This document shows positions 44,011 through 53,571 of a stretch of 56,082 bases of DNA, in pieces; position 1 is the stretch's first letter; each line of letters begins with the position of its first letter. Location of the stretch: assembly GCA_964569765.1 (NCBI GenBank), contig CAZMVY010000003.1, positions 1 through 56,082 on the forward strand. The letters run 5' to 3'. The DNA is from an uncultured Planctomycetales bacterium (lineage in GTDB: Bacteria > Planctomycetota > Phycisphaerae > UBA1845 > PWPN01). The position numbers and the translations under genes are program-made. The notes under the pieces are model-generated. The model made no database searches. It was not told where the DNA came from and saw only the letters and a list, made by a program, of their open reading frames with translations.

Positions 44011-44262
44011 GTGCCGACGACTCAGGAAATCGAAGACAAAGTCTTCTCGATCGTCAGCGAGCAGATGGGCGTGGACAAGGCCGAGATCTCGCGCGAGACC
44101 TCGTTTGTCAACGACCTGAACGCCGACTCGCTCGACACGGTGGAACTGGTCATGGAGTTCGAGGACGAGTTCGAGATGAGCATCCCCGACGAGGAAGCGG
44201 AGAAGATCAAGACCGTCGGGCAGGCCATCGATTACATCATGCAGCACATCAACAAGTCTTGA
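44011..44262 (+). CDS. acpP: Acyl carrier protein
   Basis: The phosphopantetheine site is [20 protein letters not shown] chose the GTG at 44011, 7 nt after GGAGGA. The alternative ATG at 43996 would add 5 aa. Confidence 0.95.
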   Translation: MPTTQEIEDKVFSIVSEQMGVDKAEISRETSFVNDLNADSLDTVELVMEFEDEFEMSIPDEEAEKIKTVGQAIDYIMQHINKS

Positions 44263-44286
44263 GGGCGCGGAGCGCGAGACGGCTAC

Positions 44287-45531
44287 ATGAATCGGCGACG
44301 CGTGGTCATCACCGGTATGGGTGCCGTTTCTCCGTTGGGCGACGGGGTGGATGCGCTCTGGCAGGGGCTCCTGGCCGGCCGCAGCGCCATCGCGCCGATC
44401 CAGCGGTTTGACGCCACGGGGTTCGACACGCGCTTCGGAGGCGAATGCCGCGAGTTTGACCCGGACAGATACATCGAGAAGAAACAGGCCAGACGCCTGG
44501 ATCGCTTCGCCCAGTTCGCCCTTGCGGCGGCGCAGATGGCGGCGGCCGACAGCGGCCTCGTGTTCGACGCGCTTGATCCGCGCCGCGTCGGCGCTATCGT
44601 GGGATCGGGCATCGGCGGCCTCATGGAGCTCGAAGAGCAGCACATCCGCCTGCTCAACAAGGGCCCCGGCAAAGTCTCCGCCTTCACGATTCCCAAACTG
44701 ATGCTCAACGCCGCCAGCGCGAACATCTCCATCCGGTTCGGTGCGCAAGGCCCCAATACGGCCGTTGCGACGGCCTGCGCCTCCGCCACCAACGCGATGG
44801 GCGACGCCTGCGATGCGATTCACCGGGACGACGCAGATGTCATGTTCACCGGCGGCAGTGAGGCCGCGCTCACGCCGCTCGGTCTTTCGGCGTTCTGCGC
44901 CATGCACGCCCTCTCCACGCGAAACGATGATCCGGCTCGCGCAAGCCGGCCGTTCGACCGCAACCGCGACGGCTTTGTCATGGGCGAGGGCGCGGGCATC
45001 CTGATATTTGAGGAGCTTGAACACGCCCGGAAGCGCGGCGCGCGGATCTACGCCGAGGTGCTCGGTTTCGGCATGTCCGGCGACGCCTCGCACATCACCC
45101 AACCCGGCGAAGACGGGTGTGGTGCCGCCCTTGCGATCGAGCGCTGCCTGAGGGATGCCGGTCTGTCCCCCGACCAGATCGACTACATCAACGCCCACGG
45201 CACGAGCACGCCGCTGGGCGACATCGCCGAAACACGCGCGATCAAGCAGGTCTTCAATGCACACGCTCACAAAGTGGCCGTCAGCAGCACGAAGTCCTGT
45301 ATCGGCCACCTCCTCGGGGCCAGTGGCGGGGTGGAGCTGATTGCCACAGTGCTGGCAATCCGGGACGGCATCGCCCCCCCTACCATCAACCTCGAAGAAC
45401 CCGATCCTGATTGCGACCTGGATTACGTGCCCAACCGGGCACGCGAAATGCCGATCGTTTGCGCCATGAGCAACTCGTTCGGCTTCGGGGGGCATAACGC
45501 CTGCATCGCGGTCGGCCGCTTCAATGATTGA
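44287..45531 (+). CDS. fabF: 3-oxoacyl-ACP synthase II
   Basis: RRVVITGMGAVSPLG, active-site TACASATNAMG, NAHGTSTPLGD and GHLLGASG are present. Confidence 0.95.
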   Translation: MNRRRVVITGMGAVSPLGDGVDALWQGLLAGRSAIAPIQRFDATGFDTRFGGECREFDPDRYIEKKQARRLDRFAQFALAAAQMAAADSGLVFDALDPRRVGAIVGSGIGGLMELEEQHIRLLNKGPGKVSAFTIPKLMLNAASANISIRFGAQGPNTAVATACASATNAMGDACDAIHRDDADVMFTGGSEAALTPLGLSAFCAMHALSTRNDDPARASRPFDRNRDGFVMGEGAGILIFEELEHARKRGARIYAEVLGFGMSGDASHITQPGEDGCGAALAIERCLRDAGLSPDQIDYINAHGTSTPLGDIAETRAIKQVFNAHAHKVAVSSTKSCIGHLLGASGGVELIATVLAIRDGIAPPTINLEEPDPDCDLDYVPNRAREMPIVCAMSNSFGFGGHNACIAVGRFND

Positions 45532-45738
45532 ACGCCGCTTCGACTGCCAGACACATGACCGGCCTGCCATCGGCCGCCCCCAGGGTCCAGGTCAGCTACG
45601 GCGCCGTCTGCCGGCGGTTCGCAACCCTCTCTCCCGCAACGCGCGAATGGTGTTCCCTCAAGTCCCGCACCGCGAAGGCCGATAATGCCGACAGGCGGCA
45701 TGAACGCCCCGTAGAGATTCTGCGCAAGGATCCGGTTC

Positions 45739-46179
45739 GTGAGCACTTCCCAGGCGGACATCGATGCCCTGCTGGCCCAGGCGGAGAACCTGGCAGGCGA
45801 GGCCCTCGGATCAGGTTCCGAGTCGCCACTACCGCCCGGGGCAGATCCGCAACCGCCGCCGCCTTCGGCAGCGCGAAGCCCGTCCCTGTCGGACGCAGCA
45901 CCCGTTGGGCCGCCATCCGATCTCCTGGAGCGGATCCTGCGAATTGAGGTGCCGGTTATCGTCAAGCTGGCGGAGTGCAAGATGCCCCTGGCGCGGGTTG
46001 TCAGCTTGAACACCGGAGCCATTATCGAGTTTGAGAAACCCGCGGACGCCCCTCTCGACCTTATGATCAACAACAAGTGCATCGGCGTGGGCCAAGCCGT
46101 CAAGGTCGGCGAAAACTTCGGCCTCCGCATCACGCAGGTCGGTACGCTCCAGGAGAAGATCAGAGCCCTGGGTGCCTGA
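45739..46179 (+). CDS. fliN: FliN-like SpoA-domain protein with an N-terminal EIDALL-type motif
   Basis: GTG start with AAGGA upstream. The C-terminus ILRIEVPVIVKLAECKMPLARVVSLNTGAIIEFEKPADAPLDLMINNKCIGVGQAVKVGENFGLRITQV aligns with E. coli FliN (IPVKLTVELGRTRMTIKELLRLTQGSVVALDG...LDILINGYLIAQGEVVVV..KYGVRITDI). The N-terminus is MSTSQADIDALLAQ. Confidence 0.75.
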   Translation: MSTSQADIDALLAQAENLAGEALGSGSESPLPPGADPQPPPPSAARSPSLSDAAPVGPPSDLLERILRIEVPVIVKLAECKMPLARVVSLNTGAIIEFEKPADAPLDLMINNKCIGVGQAVKVGENFGLRITQVGTLQEKIRALGA

Positions 46180-46230
46180 CGCATTCCGGATTCCCGGCTT
46201 CCGGTTTCGCAACGATGTCGCCGTCGCCCG

Positions 46231-47064
46231 CTACCCCACGAGGGATCGCAGCAACTCTGCGCCGTCGCGGATGTCGCCGAGACGGTTCGTGCCGCCTTCC
46301 CGCTCGATGACCAGCGGCCCACTGTAACCGATCGCACGAAGCTTGCTGACGACCTGTGGGATGTTCGCGTCGCCGTCGCCGAGCGGGACCTCCTGCCCCC
46401 AGGTCTTGCCCGGTTGCGACGACCACGTCGCATCTTTCATGTGCACGTGCGCGATACGGCCGCCCAGGATTCCGACCGCCTCGACCGGATCCCCCGCGCC
46501 GTACAGGACCATGTTCGCGCAATCGAAGTTCACGCGGACATTGGACCGTCCGACGTCGTCGATGAACCGCACCAGCGCGTCGGCCTTTTCCTGGCCGGTC
46601 TCCATCAACAAAGTGACGCCCCGCTGGTCGAGCGCGTCGGTGATGCGGCGAAGCCGCTCCACCATGACCTTGTACTTCGGATCGTTGCGATCGTGCGGCA
46701 CGAAACCGACATGCGCCGCAAGCATCTTCACGCCGAGCTTGACCGTCAGATCGGCCGTGCGGACCGTCTGTTCGAAACGCTCCTCGAACAGGTCGTCGGG
46801 CACGAAGCCGCCGGTGGCGGCGATCCGCTGGATCGTCGAGTAGTCCTCTCCCGTGAAACCGATGCAGGTCGCGCTGACTTCGAGGCCGCTGTCGCGAATG
46901 ATCTTCACCGTCGCGTCGTGCTGCGCGACCGTCGGGATGCCGTCGCCGAAAAAGCCCACCTGGGTAAGGCCCAGGCCCAGCTCGTTCCGGATCGTCTCAA
47001 GCGTCCTGCCCAGGTCTTTGATCGCCAGCGACCATGAACATACACCAATGTCGAAGGGTTTCAT
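46231..47064 (-). CDS. Sugar phosphate isomerase/epimerase (xylose-isomerase-like TIM barrel)
   Basis: Blocks typical of the AP_endonuc_2 family: CSWSL, LGLTQVGF, LAAHVGFVP, LLMETGQE, NFDCANMVLYG and HVHMKD. Confidence 0.8.
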   Translation of the reverse strand: MKPFDIGVCSWSLAIKDLGRTLETIRNELGLGLTQVGFFGDGIPTVAQHDATVKIIRDSGLEVSATCIGFTGEDYSTIQRIAATGGFVPDDLFEERFEQTVRTADLTVKLGVKMLAAHVGFVPHDRNDPKYKVMVERLRRITDALDQRGVTLLMETGQEKADALVRFIDDVGRSNVRVNFDCANMVLYGAGDPVEAVGILGGRIAHVHMKDATWSSQPGKTWGQEVPLGDGDANIPQVVSKLRAIGYSGPLVIEREGGTNRLGDIRDGAELLRSLVG

Positions 47065-47203
47065 GTTCGTCTCCGCCTTTGCGTATCCATCAGTCTGTCA
47101 ATCCGTCTGCCCGCGGATCCGTCAGGGGGCCGGCCGGTTTGCCTCATTCCTGCGACCGTTCCGGTGGACGGCTCACGAATCCGTCGGGCACCCAACCGCC
47201 CGA

Positions 47204-48379
47204 TTACCGCTCGGCCTGGGTCTTGTGCGCCTCCCGCAATTGCCCGCACGCCGCGTCGATCTCCAGACCGCGGCTTCGCCGCACGTGGGCGTTGACACCG
47301 CGTTCCCGGAGGGCACGGACAAACTCCTGCACCGTCCCGTCGTCCGGCCGACGGTATGACCGGCCCGCTACCGGGTTGTACGGGATCAGGTTCACGTTGC
47401 ACCGCATCTGCCGGGTAACGCGGGCGAGCCTCTGCGCGTCGGCCGAGCGGACATTCACGCCGCCCAGCATCACGTACTCCAGCGTGACCTCGCGGCCCGT
47501 CCGCTCGAAGTAGTATCGTGCCGCGTCCACCAGTTCGGAGATACTGACGCGCTCGGCCCAGGGAATCAAGCGCCGCCGCAGGTCGTCGGACGCCGCGTGG
47601 AGGGAGATCGCCAGATTGATCTGGAGCCCCTCATCGGCCAGCCGGCGGATCTGCCTCGGCAGGCCGACCGTACTGATCGTAATCCTTCGCGCACCGATGT
47701 TCATCCCCCACGGGGCGTTGATCGTCCGCACCGCCGCGACAACCGCCTCGTAGTTCGCCAGCGGCTCGCCGATGCCCATAAAGACGATGTTCGTCAGGGC
47801 GCGGAACTTGGGCTTCGGGGTCCGGGCATCGGGCTCTGGCGCAGGTACACACCGTTGCGGAGCTGCACCGCCAGCCCGAAATGCCCTGTGGAGGCCTGTC
47901 GCAGGCGCTGCGCACAGCGCCTGCACCCGCATCGCCTGCTCGATGATCTCGCCGGCCGTCAGTTGCCGTTCCAGACCACCGATGCCGCTGGCGCAAAACG
48001 TGCACTGTACCGGGCATCCGACCTGGCTTGAAATGCACGCCGTATTCCGCTCCGGCTCGGGGATCAGCACGCACTCGCTCGTAGCCCCGTCGGGCCAGCA
48101 AAGCAACAGCTTTCGCGTTCCGTCCGGCGCCTCCGAATCGGCCGCCACGGTGGAGCGGTAGATGGCAAACTCCCCGGCAAGCTCCGCCCGAAGCCCGGCG
48201 GGCAGGTTCGTCATCTGCTCGAACGAGACGGCCCCATGCCCGTAGACCCACTCCATCACCTGCCGCGCCCGGTAGGCGGGGAGTCCGTGCGACTCGAACC
48301 ACCCGCTCAGCGCTTCCGCCGTCCAGCAGAACAAGTGTGCCGGCCCGCCGCCTGAAATCCGCTCACGTATCGCAGCCAT
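47204..48379 (-). CDS. rlmN: 23S rRNA/tRNA (adenine-C2)-methyltransferase, radical SAM
   Basis: The radical-SAM motif is CISSQVGCPVQCTFCASG. FMGIGEPLANY, ISTVG, AISLHA and NLIPYNP are also present. Confidence 0.95.
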   Translation of the reverse strand: MAAIRERISGGGPAHLFCWTAEALSGWFESHGLPAYRARQVMEWVYGHGAVSFEQMTNLPAGLRAELAGEFAIYRSTVAADSEAPDGTRKLLLCWPDGATSECVLIPEPERNTACISSQVGCPVQCTFCASGIGGLERQLTAGEIIEQAMRVQALCAAPATGLHRAFRAGGAAPQRCVPAPEPDARTPKPKFRALTNIVFMGIGEPLANYEAVVAAVRTINAPWGMNIGARRITISTVGLPRQIRRLADEGLQINLAISLHAASDDLRRRLIPWAERVSISELVDAARYYFERTGREVTLEYVMLGGVNVRSADAQRLARVTRQMRCNVNLIPYNPVAGRSYRRPDDGTVQEFVRALRERGVNAHVRRSRGLEIDAACGQLREAHKTQAER

Positions 48380-48540
48380 TCGATGCGATTGTAGAACCCC
48401 TTGAACATGCCCACAAACACAGCGGGCCGCTCACGCGCCGCACTTTCATCGCCCCGGGCGGGTTTCTCGGACCGCCCGGCCGCTGTATACTCTGGACGTA
48501 TCGGCGCGGACGACTCCGCGGACTTCAGTGAGGCTCTGCT

Positions 48541-50082
48541 ATGGCGCTTCTGCTCGGGATCGACATCGGCACATCCGCCACGAAAACGCTGCTCTGCAAC
48601 GCGAAGGGCAAGGTTCTGGCCACGGCGAGCGCGGAATACCCCGTCCACTCGCCGCGGCCCGGCTGGTCGGAGCAGGACCCGAACGACTGGTGGCGGGCCG
48701 TCATCCGCGGCGTCGGCGACGTCTGCCGGAAGGCCCGCGTCAGTCCGGCCAAGGTCACCGGCGTCGGGCTCAGCGGTCAGATGCACGGCAGCGTCTTCGT
48801 GGACCGCGCCGGGCAGTCGCTGCGCCCCGCCCTGCTGTGGAACGACCAGCGGACGGCGGCCGAGTGCGAGGAAATCGAGCGCCTCGCCGGCGGGCGGTCC
48901 AGGCTCATCGGCATGGTCAACAATGTCGCGCTGACGGGCTTTACGGCGCCGAAGATCCTCTGGGTCCGCCGGCATGATCCGCGCGTCTTCGAGCGCACGT
49001 TCAAGGTGCTGCTGCCGAAGGACTACATCCGGCTGCGGCTGACAGGTGAGTACGCCACGGAGGTGAGCGACGCGGCCGGCACGCTGCTGCTCGACGTGAA
49101 GGCGCGTCACTGGCACCGCGGGCTGCTCGGCAGGCTGCGAATCAACCCCGACCTCCTGCCGCCGGTGCATGAGTCGATCGTGGTCAGCGGCCGGATCCAC
49201 CGCGCCGCCGCCAAGGCCACCGGACTGGCCGCCGGAACACCGGTCGTCGGCGGTGCCGGGGATCAGCCCGCCGGCGCCGTAGGCAACGGCATCGTACGTG
49301 CCGGCGTCGTCTCTGCAACGATGGGCACGAGCGGCGTCGTCTTCGCGCACAGCGACAAGCCTGTCCCGAATCGGCAGGGCAATCTCCAGTCCTTCTGCCA
49401 CGCCGTTCCGGGTAAGTGGTGCGTATTCGGCTGCATGCTGGCCGCCGGCGGCAGCTTCCAGTGGCTGCGCAACACCTGGTACGCCGAGGAAGTTGCCGCC
49501 CTGCGGAAGAGCCGCCAGGATCCGGGCGTCATTTACAGTCGGCTCATCAAAATGGCGCAGAAAGCCCCCGCTGGATCGGACGGGCTCTTCTTCCTGCCCT
49601 ATCTCACCGGCGAGCGATGCCCCTACCCCGATCCGAATGCACGCGGGGCCTGGATCGGCCTGACCAGCCGCCACGATCAGGCCGGCATGGTTCGCGCCGT
49701 GCTCGAAGGCATCACCTTCGGCATGCGCGATCAGATCGAGATCATGCGGGCGGACGGTCTCCAGATCCGCGAGGTCCGCGCCGGCGGCGGCGGCGCCGTC
49801 AGTCAGTGGTGGCGGCAACTCCAGGCCGATATCTACGACGCCCCCGTTACGACAATCAACACGCAGGAGGGCGCCGCCTACGGCGCGGCGCTGCTGGCAG
49901 CGGTCGGCACGGGCGTGTATGCATCCGTGCCCGAGGCCTGCGACGCCTGCATCCGGATCACCGACAGACGCGAACCGACCTCCGCGCTCCGCAAGACGTA
50001 CGACGCCGCATACGCCCAGTACCGCCGGCTCTACCCCGCCCTCCGCGAGGAGTTTCAATCCATCGCGGCCCTCGGGGCGTAG
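48541..50082 (+). CDS. xylB: Xylulokinase (FGGY family)
   Basis: LLGIDIGTSATK, PGWSEQDPNDWW, GLSGQMHG, ALLWNDQRT, GFTAPKILWV, LLPKDYIRLRLTGE, AGTLLLDV, FLPYLTGERCP and GGGA.S..WRQ align block by block with E. coli XylB. Confidence 0.9.
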   Translation: MALLLGIDIGTSATKTLLCNAKGKVLATASAEYPVHSPRPGWSEQDPNDWWRAVIRGVGDVCRKARVSPAKVTGVGLSGQMHGSVFVDRAGQSLRPALLWNDQRTAAECEEIERLAGGRSRLIGMVNNVALTGFTAPKILWVRRHDPRVFERTFKVLLPKDYIRLRLTGEYATEVSDAAGTLLLDVKARHWHRGLLGRLRINPDLLPPVHESIVVSGRIHRAAAKATGLAAGTPVVGGAGDQPAGAVGNGIVRAGVVSATMGTSGVVFAHSDKPVPNRQGNLQSFCHAVPGKWCVFGCMLAAGGSFQWLRNTWYAEEVAALRKSRQDPGVIYSRLIKMAQKAPAGSDGLFFLPYLTGERCPYPDPNARGAWIGLTSRHDQAGMVRAVLEGITFGMRDQIEIMRADGLQIREVRAGGGGAVSQWWRQLQADIYDAPVTTINTQEGAAYGAALLAAVGTGVYASVPEACDACIRITDRREPTSALRKTYDAAYAQYRRLYPALREEFQSIAALGA

Positions 50083-50210
50083 CGGCCGTGGCAGCCGCCG
50101 GACGGAAAGGCGCAGCCGCGGATTCGAAGACCGGATCGTCCCGGCGGAAGAAATCTCAGCGTGGCGATCGGCCGGGCCCGCCGTCGCGCCTTGACGCAGC
50201 GAAAGGACAC

Positions 50211-51023
50211 ATGAACGACGACGCAGCGGACATCCTGGCGTACGCAGCCGAGTGGGCCCGCGCGGGCGGCCGGGTCGCGCGCCGGCGATTCGGCTCCGCC
50301 ACCGCTTCGCGGAAGCACGACCGGACCCTCGTCACGGATGCAGATCACGCGGTCCAGGATCTGCTCCTCGACGCCATTGTGAAGCGCTTCCCTTCCCATG
50401 CCGTCCTCACCGAGGAAACCATGCGCCGCCCGGAGCGCCACGCCGCAATCGAAGCCGCCGAGTGGTGCTGGATCATCGACCCGATCGACGGCACGCGGAT
50501 CGACTGGCGCGGTGTGCCGCGCTTCGCCGTCAGCGTGGGCGTACTCCGCAGCGGAACGCCGATCGTCGGCGCCGTCTATGCCGTAATGACCGATCAGATG
50601 TTCACCGCCTACGCCGGAGGCGGTGCCCGGTGCGACAAGGTCCGCCTCCAGGTGGCAGACGGCCCGCCGACCCATGAAACACTGATCGGCTCGCCTTCCG
50701 GACATGGCGATCCGATGCCGGCAACGATCCACGAGTGGCTGGACCGCATGGCGCTTCGGAACCTCGGGGCGACGGCCCTGCACCTGGCCCTCGTTGCGGC
50801 GGGCGCCCTGGATGCCGCCTTTTGTCTCGAATGCCGGCTGTGGGACGTGGCCGCCGGCGCGCTGCTGGTCCTGGAGGCCGGCGGGCGATTCACCGACCCG
50901 AACGGCCGCGAGTACTTCCCCATGAGCCGTTCACAGACCGCCGCCCGGGACAAGATGCCCTTCCTGGCTGCCGGACCGAATCTGCACCGGCACCTGCTCG
51001 AATCGTGGCGGCGCCGTGCGTAA
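50211..51023 (+). CDS. Inositol monophosphatase family protein
   Basis: I chose the ATG at 50211 with AAAGGA upstream (the track ORF starts at 49416). TEE, WIIDPIDGT and WDVAAGALLVLEAGG are present. Confidence 0.85.
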   Translation: MNDDAADILAYAAEWARAGGRVARRRFGSATASRKHDRTLVTDADHAVQDLLLDAIVKRFPSHAVLTEETMRRPERHAAIEAAEWCWIIDPIDGTRIDWRGVPRFAVSVGVLRSGTPIVGAVYAVMTDQMFTAYAGGGARCDKVRLQVADGPPTHETLIGSPSGHGDPMPATIHEWLDRMALRNLGATALHLALVAAGALDAAFCLECRLWDVAAGALLVLEAGGRFTDPNGREYFPMSRSQTAARDKMPFLAAGPNLHRHLLESWRRRA

Positions 51024-51029
51024 CGCCGC

Positions 51030-52649
51030 CTAACGAAGCTGTAACAGCGCGGCGGTCCGGCGCGAGTCGGCCTCCGCGCGAGCCTCCCGCGCTCGTTGCG
51101 TCTCGCCCATGGCCGCGTAGGTTTCGCTCATGCACATGTACGGCTCCCAGGCATCCGGGAACCGGTCGGCCAACTCGCTTGCCACACGCAACGAGTCCTC
51201 GTATCGCTTCTCCACGAAGTATACCCATGCCAGATTGTTTGCCGCATGGAAGTTGTCGGGGTACGCCTCCAGCACATAGCGGTTCATGCTCACATCCGAC
51301 CGCCACGCCGAAGCGTAGGACCAGGTCTGCGGCAACAGCACGATCGCCGCACAGACGCCGGCCAGCGCCAACTGCCGCCCGTACCGATTCACCGCCCCCG
51401 CCACCACGACCGCCAGTACCACCGAGGGCAAGTACAACCATCGCTCCGCGAACAGCCAGCTTGCCACCGGCACCACGTGCAACGGCAACAGCATGAACCA
51501 CGCAAACACCAGCGCCCAGATACCGACGGCCCGCCCTCGCCGGCATCCCCATACAATCAGGGCGATCCACAGCCCCGCGAGGAACATGCCGCCCCAGACA
51601 TCCGCCTCGCGGAGGCTTCGCGCCGGCAGCAGGGCATCGGGGTTCCACAGCGGCGACAGGGCCGACGGATCCACGAACAAGCGGGCTGTGAGCCAGAGTA
51701 GCCGGAACGGCGTTAGCAGACAGGCTGCCAGATCCTCCCGCGCGAGGGGGTTCGCCCAGAACGGCAGCGACTCCGGCGGCCGACGATAGTGCATGCCGAA
51801 GATAAAAAACCGAAGGAAGAAGAACGCGGCCGCCACGTACGCAAACCCGATGTGGCCCCGGCGAGCCAGATCGCCCAGCCACGCGGTAAACGGGGGTCGC
51901 GCCCCCGCGGCTTCCGTCCTTCTTTGATACCACTGGAGCGAGAGGATGGCGGGCCAGATGAAGAGCGCGTGCTCTTTTGAGAACACCGCCGCCGCGAACA
52001 ACACGGCACTGAACACGTGAAACCGCCCCAGCGCCGCCCCCGTGAGCGACACGGGCTGCGCGTAGCGGAGCAACAGCCACGCAGAGAACAGGCCGGCCAG
52101 TATCTCGCTGCGGCCGACCACAGGCGCTACGGCGTCCGCGTGAATCGGGTGAACGGCGAACAGAAGCCCCGCGATCAACGCGGCCATCGTGTTCCCCCAT
52201 ACCCGCAACGCCAGCACGCACACCAGCACGCTCGTCACGCCGTGAAGGATGGTGTTCGTCCCGTGGTAGCTCGCCAGACCGTGCAGGATCGTTTCGCCCG
52301 CGTGCAGGGCGCCCGGCCGGCCGCCGTGCAACCGATACTCCAGCCGGAAGCTCCCGATCGTCATGGGGCGGTACAGCTTGTCGCCGCCCCCCGGCCGTCG
52401 CTCCCGCGGACTTGCCGGCGGCCAATACGAAGTGATCAGAAACCGGTACCAGGTGTCCGGGGCCTTGACGATCCAGTTCTCACTGACAATCGGGTGATCG
52501 TCGTAGACGAACGGGTGACGCAACGTAGGCCAGAACGCCGCAACGCCGGCCACGAAACAAACGGCGCAGGCGAGCGCCCGGGTCCGGACCGTCACGCGCG
52601 GCGACGGCCCGCTCCCGAGATCGTCGCTGTGCGCCGTAATCGCGCTCAT
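51030..52649 (-). CDS. GT-C-type (PMT_2/TMTC-like) multi-pass membrane protein with a short C-terminal TPR region; paralog of 19972..22008
   Basis: I chose the ATG at 52649 (the track start at 52694 is TTG and would overlap the SDR gene). The first-loop motif is FVYDDHPIVSENWIV. There are many hydrophobic segments. The C-terminus reads NFHAANNLAWVYFVEKRYEDSLRVASELADRFPD. Confidence 0.8.
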   Translation of the reverse strand: MSAITAHSDDLGSGPSPRVTVRTRALACAVCFVAGVAAFWPTLRHPFVYDDHPIVSENWIVKAPDTWYRFLITSYWPPASPRERRPGGGDKLYRPMTIGSFRLEYRLHGGRPGALHAGETILHGLASYHGTNTILHGVTSVLVCVLALRVWGNTMAALIAGLLFAVHPIHADAVAPVVGRSEILAGLFSAWLLLRYAQPVSLTGAALGRFHVFSAVLFAAAVFSKEHALFIWPAILSLQWYQRRTEAAGARPPFTAWLGDLARRGHIGFAYVAAAFFFLRFFIFGMHYRRPPESLPFWANPLAREDLAACLLTPFRLLWLTARLFVDPSALSPLWNPDALLPARSLREADVWGGMFLAGLWIALIVWGCRRGRAVGIWALVFAWFMLLPLHVVPVASWLFAERWLYLPSVVLAVVVAGAVNRYGRQLALAGVCAAIVLLPQTWSYASAWRSDVSMNRYVLEAYPDNFHAANNLAWVYFVEKRYEDSLRVASELADRFPDAWEPYMCMSETYAAMGETQRAREARAEADSRRTAALLQLR

Positions 52650-52674
52650 CGTCCGCCCTTCGGCGAGGCGTGGC

Positions 52675-53427
52675 TCAGGCCGCGCCGCCGGCAAACTCCC
52701 TGGCGGAGAACCGCTCGCCCGTCACATCCCTCGAATCGTCGGAGGCAAGATACAGGAAAACCGGTACGACCTCGCGCGGCATCGGCAGCGTCGCCGGATC
52801 CTCGGCGGGATACGCCGCCGCCCGCATGCCCGTCCGCATCCCACCCGGATCGACCACATTGACGCGGATCCCCGTATTCCGAAGTTCCTCCGCCATCATG
52901 AAACTCAGCCCCTCGAGGGCCCACTTGCTCACGAGATACGCCCCCCAGTTGGGCCGCGCCTTGCGCCCTACGCTGCTTGAGACATTGATGATCGCCCCGG
53001 CCCCCTGACGTCGCATCACATGGGCGACCTCACGCGACATCCGGAAGGCCCCCGTAAGATTCGTCGCCAAGACCTCGTTCCAGACCTCCGAAGGGTACTC
53101 CGTCACCGGAGCCCGCCGCCCCAGGATCGAGGCGAAGTTGATCAAGACCTCGAACCCGCCCAAACGCTGCACGCCCCGGTGGACCAGCCGCAGAACGTCT
53201 TCCTCCACGGAAACATCGCACCCCTCCGCCATCGCCGGGACGCCCCGCCGGGCCAGATCCGCCTCGACGCCAACCAGAACATCCGCCCGCCTCGCGCAGA
53301 GGATGAGATGCGCCCCGTGCTCGGCGAAGACCTCCGCCAGCACCCGCCCCAGGCCGCGCGACGCCCCCGTGATCAGCACGACTTTTCCGGCCACGTGCCA
53401 CATTTGACCCGGCGCGTATCGTACCAT
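52675..53427 (-). CDS. SDR-family oxidoreductase
   Basis: VVLITGASRGLGR, NFASI and the catalytic YLVSK are present. Confidence 0.9.
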   Translation of the reverse strand: MVRYAPGQMWHVAGKVVLITGASRGLGRVLAEVFAEHGAHLILCARRADVLVGVEADLARRGVPAMAEGCDVSVEEDVLRLVHRGVQRLGGFEVLINFASILGRRAPVTEYPSEVWNEVLATNLTGAFRMSREVAHVMRRQGAGAIINVSSSVGRKARPNWGAYLVSKWALEGLSFMMAEELRNTGIRVNVVDPGGMRTGMRAAAYPAEDPATLPMPREVVPVFLYLASDDSRDVTGERFSAREFAGGAA

Positions 53428-53571
53428 AGAAGGGAGAATTGGAAAGCGGAAGGGACGCCCGCCCGGCGGCTGCGACGCGATTGCGTCTGCACCGGGAACC
53501 GTGCCCGACGCTCGGCCGGCGCACCGACAGCCCGACGGACAACGGCGTACCGGACCAACGGATTCACGCTC

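Noticed and set aside
43843-45570. 575-aa minus-strand ORF
   Set aside because: It is antisense to acpP and fabF, both unambiguous. It is a shadow ORF.
45570-45600. CCAGGTCAG string reminiscent of the SRP RNA conserved domain
   Set aside because: The downstream GGAAGCAGC-type continuation and the pairing partner are absent.
48307-50058. 583-aa minus-strand ORF
   Set aside because: It is antisense to xylB, which aligns block by block with E. coli XylB.
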